Shown one piece after another: positions 27,384 through 32,000 of a stretch of 32,000 nucleotides of DNA. Numbering within the stretch: the stretch's first letter is position 1; each line of letters begins with the position of its first letter. The stretch comes from Akkermansia muciniphila ATCC BAA-835 (GTDB lineage: Bacteria; Verrucomicrobiota; Verrucomicrobiia; Verrucomicrobiales; Akkermansiaceae): assembly GCF_000020225.1 (NCBI RefSeq), contig NC_010655.1:1530001-1562000 (forward strand), read 5' to 3'. The notes beneath the pieces are model-generated. The model searched no databases and was not told the DNA's origin. It was given only the letters and a program-made list of their open reading frames with translations. The position numbers and the translations under genes were made by a program.

Positions 27384-30005
27384 ATGGAAAATAATAGAAT
27401 CAAACCGGTGGATGTAGCCAGTGAGCTCTCCACTTCTTTCCTGGACTACTCCATGTCCGTCATCATCTCCCGCGCCCTGCCGGACGTGAGAGACGGCCTC
27501 AAACCTTCCCAGCGGCGCATCCTGTACGCCATGAAGGAACTCAATCTGTCCCCTGGGGGCAAGACCCGCAAATGCTCCAAAATCGTGGGCGACACGATGG
27601 GTAACTACCACCCTCACGGGGATGCCGCCATTTACGGCACCCTGGTGAACATGGCGCAGGACTGGTCCATGCGGGATATTCTCGTGATCGGCCAGGGCAA
27701 CTTCGGCACGCCGGATGGAGACCCCCCCGCCGCTGCCCGATACACGGAAGCCAAGCTCTCCGGCATGGGCGTGGCCCTGATGGCGGATTTGGACAAGGAC
27801 ACCGTGGATTTTGTTCCCACATACGACAATGAACACACGGAACCCACCGTGTTTCCCTCCGCTTTCCCAAACCTTCTGGTGAACGGCGGCACGGGGATTG
27901 CCGTGGGGATGGCCACCAACATGCCTCCGCACAACCTGGGGGAAGTGGTGGACGGTATCTGCGCCGTGATTGACAATCCCCACATGACTGTGGAAGAGCT
28001 GCGCCAGTACATCAAGGGGCCGGATTTTCCCACCGGGGGCGACGTGCTGGGCTTTTCAGGCATTGACAACTACTTCCGCACCGGGCGCGGCTCCGTGCGC
28101 ATCCGCGGCAAGATAGACATGGAAGTAACGGATTCCGGCAAGGATCTTCTCATCATCCGGGAAGTGCCGTATGGCGTGAACCGCGCCGCCCTTCAGGAAC
28201 GCATTGCGGAACTGTACAAGGATAAAATCCTGACGGATATTTCCGGCATCCGTGACCTTTCCGATGAGAAAACCTGCATTGAAATCGAGCTGAAGCGGGA
28301 TGCCCGCCCGCAGGTGGTCATGAACCAGCTTTACAAGCTCACCTCCATGGAAACTTCCTTTGCGGTGAATATGCTGGCGATTCATGACAACCGCCCCAAG
28401 ACGCTCGCCATGATGGACGCCATCAACTTCTACATCGAGCACCGCCGCGAGGTGGTCGTGCGCCGCACGCGCTATCTGCTGGGGGATGCGGAGAAGGATG
28501 CCGAGCGCCTGGAAGCCTTCCTGCTGGCTCTGCACCACATGGATGACTTCATTTCCATTATCCGGGATTCCAAAAACCGGGATGAAGCCCGTGAACGCCT
28601 GCAGAATTACACATTCTCCACGCAGACAGCGGAAAGCCTGGGCATCCTGATCCGTTCCCAGGCCTCCATCCAGGGGGACCGCTACGTCTTCACGGAACGC
28701 CAGGTGAACTCCATCCTGGACCTGCGCCTGTACCAGTTGACCGCCTTGGAAAACGACAAGATTTCCGGGGAATACGCGGAACTGCTGGTCCGCATCAAGG
28801 ACTACCTGGATATTCTGGCGAACGAATCCCGCGTGCTGGGCATTGTAAAGGACGAACTGAAGGCGATTAAGGACAAGTACGCCACGCCGCGCGTCACGCG
28901 CATCATTCCCTTCTCCGGGGATATGGCCATTGAGGATCTCATCCCGAATGACACGATGATCGTCACCATCACGCACAGCGGCTACATCAAGCGCACCAAC
29001 TCCGCGGAATACCGCGTGCAGGCGCGCGGGGGCAAGGGCGTGAAGGCTGCCACTACCAGGGGAGCCAAAAAGGATGCGGAAGCGGACTTTATCGAACACC
29101 TGTTCGCCGCCCAGAACCACGACTACCTGATGTTCTTTACGAACACCGGGCGCGTGTACGTGGACCGCGTGTATGAGATTGACGAAGCGGCGCGCAGCGC
29201 GCAGGGTCGCAATATCAAGAATCTGCTGGATCTCCAGCCGGAAGAAGCCATCGCTGCCATCCTGCGCCTGGAACGCCGGGTGGATGAAAAAGGCAATGAC
29301 ATTACCTTTGCGGAAGGCAGCGGCAATGTTGTTTTCGCCACGAAGGACGGCACGGTGAAGAAAACCAGCCTGAACGATTTCGCCAACTACCGCAAGGCCG
29401 GCATCATTGCCATTAATCTGGAGGAAGGCAACAGTCTGGTGAACGCGGAACTTACCAGCGGGGCCGATGAAATCGTGCTCGTCACGCATGACGGCATGAG
29501 CATCCGCTTCCCGGAAGAAGATCTGCGTACGCAGGGCCGCAACACCATCGGTGTTCGCGGCATCCGCCCGCGGGCGGGGGACTACGTTGTGGCCCTGGCC
29601 ATTGTGGACCCGCAGAAAACCCTGCTGGTGGCTTCTGAAAACGGCCTCGGCAAGCGCACTTCCTTTGATGAATACCGCACGCAGGGCCGCGGCGGAACCG
29701 GCATCAAGACCATGAATTGCACGGATAAGACCGGCAAGGTGGTTTCCGCCACGGTCGTGTCTGATGAGGACGAGCTGATGCTGATGACCACGGCCGGACA
29801 ATCCGTCCGCATCAAGGTGGCGACCGTGCGTGAAACGGGCCGCGCCACCCAGGGCGTGAAGCTCATGACGCTGAATGAGGGCGAATCCATCCAGGACATT
29901 TCCATCGTCATTCCTGATGATGAAGATGAAGAAGCCCCGGCGGAAACGGAAGACGCGGGAGCCGGGGAAGTGTCCGGTGAAATGGAAGCTCCGGCGGAAG
30001 AATAA
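27384..30005 (+). CDS. gyrA: DNA gyrase subunit A
   Basis: 873-aa ORF with DGLKPSQRRILYAM, the QRDR YHPHGDAAIYGTLVNMAQ, the active-site AAARYTEAKL, and a GyrA-box-like QARGGKGV in the C-terminal beta-pinwheel region. It ends in an acidic tail. It starts 23 nt after gyrB. Confidence 0.97.
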   Translation: MENNRIKPVDVASELSTSFLDYSMSVIISRALPDVRDGLKPSQRRILYAMKELNLSPGGKTRKCSKIVGDTMGNYHPHGDAAIYGTLVNMAQDWSMRDILVIGQGNFGTPDGDPPAAARYTEAKLSGMGVALMADLDKDTVDFVPTYDNEHTEPTVFPSAFPNLLVNGGTGIAVGMATNMPPHNLGEVVDGICAVIDNPHMTVEELRQYIKGPDFPTGGDVLGFSGIDNYFRTGRGSVRIRGKIDMEVTDSGKDLLIIREVPYGVNRAALQERIAELYKDKILTDISGIRDLSDEKTCIEIELKRDARPQVVMNQLYKLTSMETSFAVNMLAIHDNRPKTLAMMDAINFYIEHRREVVVRRTRYLLGDAEKDAERLEAFLLALHHMDDFISIIRDSKNRDEARERLQNYTFSTQTAESLGILIRSQASIQGDRYVFTERQVNSILDLRLYQLTALENDKISGEYAELLVRIKDYLDILANESRVLGIVKDELKAIKDKYATPRVTRIIPFSGDMAIEDLIPNDTMIVTITHSGYIKRTNSAEYRVQARGGKGVKAATTRGAKKDAEADFIEHLFAAQNHDYLMFFTNTGRVYVDRVYEIDEAARSAQGRNIKNLLDLQPEEAIAAILRLERRVDEKGNDITFAEGSGNVVFATKDGTVKKTSLNDFANYRKAGIIAINLEEGNSLVNAELTSGADEIVLVTHDGMSIRFPEEDLRTQGRNTIGVRGIRPRAGDYVVALAIVDPQKTLLVASENGLGKRTSFDEYRTQGRGGTGIKTMNCTDKTGKVVSATVVSDEDELMLMTTAGQSVRIKVATVRETGRATQGVKLMTLNEGESIQDISIVIPDDEDEEAPAETEDAGAGEVSGEMEAPAEE

Positions 30006-30016
30006 AATCCAGGTTT

Positions 30017-30045
30017 CCCTGCTCCGGCGTCATGCCGGAGCAGGG
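30017..30045 (+). terminator. perfect 12-bp hairpin after gyrA (terminator/attenuator candidate)
   Basis: CCCTGCTCCGGC (30017-30028) / GCCGGAGCAGGG (30034-30045) with loop GTCAT, 12 nt after the gyrA stop. There is no immediate U-tract; TTTTT follows 15 nt later (30060-30064). Confidence 0.45.
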
Positions 30046-30064
30046 GGCTTCATGGGCCGTTTTT

Positions 30065-30697
30065 ATGGAAGACCCCCTTTCATTGGAGCAATGTGCCGGA
30101 CGTCTGGAACGGCGTGGATTCCGGAGTTTTGTAGTGCCGGACCTGAGGGCGGCTGCGGAGGTTATGCGCGGCCTGGTGCGGGAGTTCAGGCCGTCGTCCG
30201 CTTCCTATGGGGATTCCATGACCCTGAAGGATGCGGGCATTCTTGATGACCTGCGCTCCAATCCGGACATTCAGTTCTATGACGGCTTTGTTCCGGGCAT
30301 GGTGCGGGAGGAGAAATGGGAAATCCGCCGCCAGGGCATGACGGCGGACCTGTTTTTAACCGGCGTCAATGCCGTCAGCATGGAAGGGACCCTGCACTGG
30401 GTGGACATGGTGGGCAACCGTGTGGCTCCGGTGGCATTCGGACCCCGGCGCGTCATTTTGCTGGCCGGTTCCAACAAGCTGGTGGCAACGCCGGCAGAGG
30501 CCCGGGAACGCATCCGCCGCATTGCGCCCCTGAACGCCAGGCGGCATGAAGGGTTCAGGACTCCCTGCATGCACACCGGAATCTGCGCGGATTGTAATTC
30601 CCCGGACCGCCTGTGCAATATTCACATGTCCATTGTTAAATGCTTTCCCGAGGGAAGAATTTCCGTCATTCTGATGGAAGAACCCGGAGGACTTTGA
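30065..30697 (+). CDS. LUD-domain (DUF162, LutC/YkgG-like) protein
   Basis: LTGVNAVSMEGTLHWVDMVGNRV...RRVILLAGSNKLV is the LUD-domain core. A C-terminal Cys cluster PCMHTGICADCNSPDRLC follows. I chose ATG 30065 because the longest-ORF ATG (30032) sits inside the loop of the gyrA-distal hairpin. Confidence 0.7.
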   Translation: MEDPLSLEQCAGRLERRGFRSFVVPDLRAAAEVMRGLVREFRPSSASYGDSMTLKDAGILDDLRSNPDIQFYDGFVPGMVREEKWEIRRQGMTADLFLTGVNAVSMEGTLHWVDMVGNRVAPVAFGPRRVILLAGSNKLVATPAEARERIRRIAPLNARRHEGFRTPCMHTGICADCNSPDRLCNIHMSIVKCFPEGRISVILMEEPGGL

Positions 30698-30700
30698 CCC

Positions 30701-31972
30701 ATGCCTTTTCAAAACCGGATAGAAATCATGGCCCCGGCGGGGTCGTTTGAATCTCTGGCGGCCGCCTTGCAGGGCGGAGCGGACTCCGTGTACTTCGGAG
30801 TAGGAAAGCTGAACATGCGTTCCCGCGCCACGGTCAATTTTTCGGAAGAAGATTTGCCGGAAATCGTCGAGCGTTGCCATGAGGCGGGCGCCAAAGCTTA
30901 TCTGACACTGAATATCATTGTGTACGATGAAGAGCTGGAGGCGGTGCATGCCCTGTGCGACGCCGCCCGGAAAGCCGGTGTGGATGCCGTCATCGCTTCC
31001 GACCTGGCGGTGATTTCTTATGCGCGTTCCATTGGGCTGGAAGTCCATATGTCCGTGCAGGCCAACGTCTGCAACATGGCCTCCGTCAAATTTTACGCGC
31101 AGTACGCGGATGTGGTGGTGCTGGCCCGGGAACTCACCCTGGCGCAAATCAGGCATATCATTGAATCCATCCGGAAGGAGGGCGTGAAAGGCCCCTCCGG
31201 GGAGCTGCTGCGGGTGGAAATTTTCGCCCATGGGGCGTTATGTGTGGCCGTGTCCGGCAAATGCCACATGAGCCTGGCGGCCTACAACTCCTCCGCCAAC
31301 CGGGGGGCCTGCTTCCAGAACTGCCGCCGCGCCTACCGCGTGACGGATGAGGAAACGGGCAATGAACTGGTGATAGACAACAAATACGTGATGTCTCCCA
31401 AGGACCTGTGTACCATTCCGGTGCTGGACCAGCTTCTGGACGCGGGCGTTTCCGTGCTGAAGCTGGAAGGGCGCGGCCGTTCCTCGGATTACGTCAGGAC
31501 GGTTACCTCCGTGTACCGGGAAGCCGCGCGGGCATGCCAGGACGGAACCTTTTCCGCGGACAGGGCGGAAGCGTGGATGAAACGGCTGGAATCCGTTTTC
31601 AACCGGGGATTCTGGCAAGGCGGCTATTACCTGGGCGTGAAGTGGGGGGAATGGAGCGGTTCCGCCAACAGCCGCGCTGCCCTGTTGAAGATCCACATTG
31701 CCAGGGTAGAGAACTTTTATAAGAAGAACGGGGTGGCGGCCCTGTTCCTGGAAGCCGGCGGCCTGTCCGCGGGGCAGACCATCCTCATAACAGGCCCCAC
31801 TACGGGAGCCGTCCGCATGGAAGTGGCAGCCATGCGGAGGGAGACGGCAGAGGGCATGGAGCCCGTAGAAGCCGCTCAAAAGGGAGAAACCGTCTATCTG
31901 GCGGTTCCCGAACAGGTGCGCCGCCGGGACAAGGTGTACCTGCTGCGCCCCCGGATGCTGGAGGATGCCTGA
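30701..31972 (+). CDS. peptidase-U32-family protein (probable Fe-S enzyme rather than protease)
   Basis: 423-aa ORF with the N-terminal U32 signature IEIMAPAGSFESLAAALQGGADSVYFG and VLKLEGRGRS. It carries the four-Cys cluster C181-x6-C188-x15-C204-x3-C208 (31241-31324). It starts 3 nt after the LUD gene stop. Confidence 0.9.
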   Translation: MPFQNRIEIMAPAGSFESLAAALQGGADSVYFGVGKLNMRSRATVNFSEEDLPEIVERCHEAGAKAYLTLNIIVYDEELEAVHALCDAARKAGVDAVIASDLAVISYARSIGLEVHMSVQANVCNMASVKFYAQYADVVVLARELTLAQIRHIIESIRKEGVKGPSGELLRVEIFAHGALCVAVSGKCHMSLAAYNSSANRGACFQNCRRAYRVTDEETGNELVIDNKYVMSPKDLCTIPVLDQLLDAGVSVLKLEGRGRSSDYVRTVTSVYREAARACQDGTFSADRAEAWMKRLESVFNRGFWQGGYYLGVKWGEWSGSANSRAALLKIHIARVENFYKKNGVAALFLEAGGLSAGQTILITGPTTGAVRMEVAAMRRETAEGMEPVEAAQKGETVYLAVPEQVRRRDKVYLLRPRMLEDA

Positions 31973-32000
31973 ATGTCCGGTTGTCCCTTTCTTCCTCTGC

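Noticed and set aside
31973-32000. An ATG directly after the U32 stop (TGAATG) opening a frame MSGCPFLPL... at the right edge.
   Set aside because: Only 9 codons are in the window. It is plausibly the next operon gene but unsupported.

Overview
This 32-kb window looks like bacterial chromosome. By hand counts the GC content is moderately high, roughly 55-60% in most genes. Genes are densely packed and I found no rRNA, tRNA, CRISPR array, transposase or integrase. The weak Shine-Dalgarno usage, a giant autotransporter carrying 'autotransporter-associated beta-strand' repeats, and the composition suggest a Verrucomicrobiota (Akkermansia-like) genome; that assignment is inference only.

Layout:
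- 1-13.4 kb, mostly minus strand: trxB, an SGNH hydrolase, a plus-strand GNAT acetyltransferase and an orphan protein. Next comes a low-GC four-gene block of signal-peptide proteins at 4.1-8.8 kb. A tight housekeeping operon follows (M29 aminopeptidase, metallophosphoesterase, CPA2 antiporter, TatD).
- 13.4-32 kb, all plus strand: purN, a periplasmic FKBP isomerase, a 9-kb gene for a ~3,015-aa type Va autotransporter, a 428-nt noncoding gap, and then gyrB-gyrA-LUD-domain gene-U32 family gene.

Most notable observations:
1. The 4.1-8.8 kb accessory-looking operon encodes a transglutaminase-fold Cys-His protein, an Ig-like protein and two tandem paralogs. This is my best candidate for an uncharacterised system, but its function is unknown.
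2. The two paralogs are nearly identical over 681 bp, apart from a length-matched 61-nt cassette swap and diverged 5' ends.
3. There is an abrupt rise in GC and a change in codon choice at the passenger/beta-barrel junction of the autotransporter.
4. The GyrA QRDR naturally carries Ala and Gly at the E. coli Ser83 and Asp87 positions.
5. The U32 protein has a Cx6Cx15Cx3C cluster, which points to an Fe-S enzyme rather than a protease.

All similarity statements come from motif recognition by eye. No database search was run.
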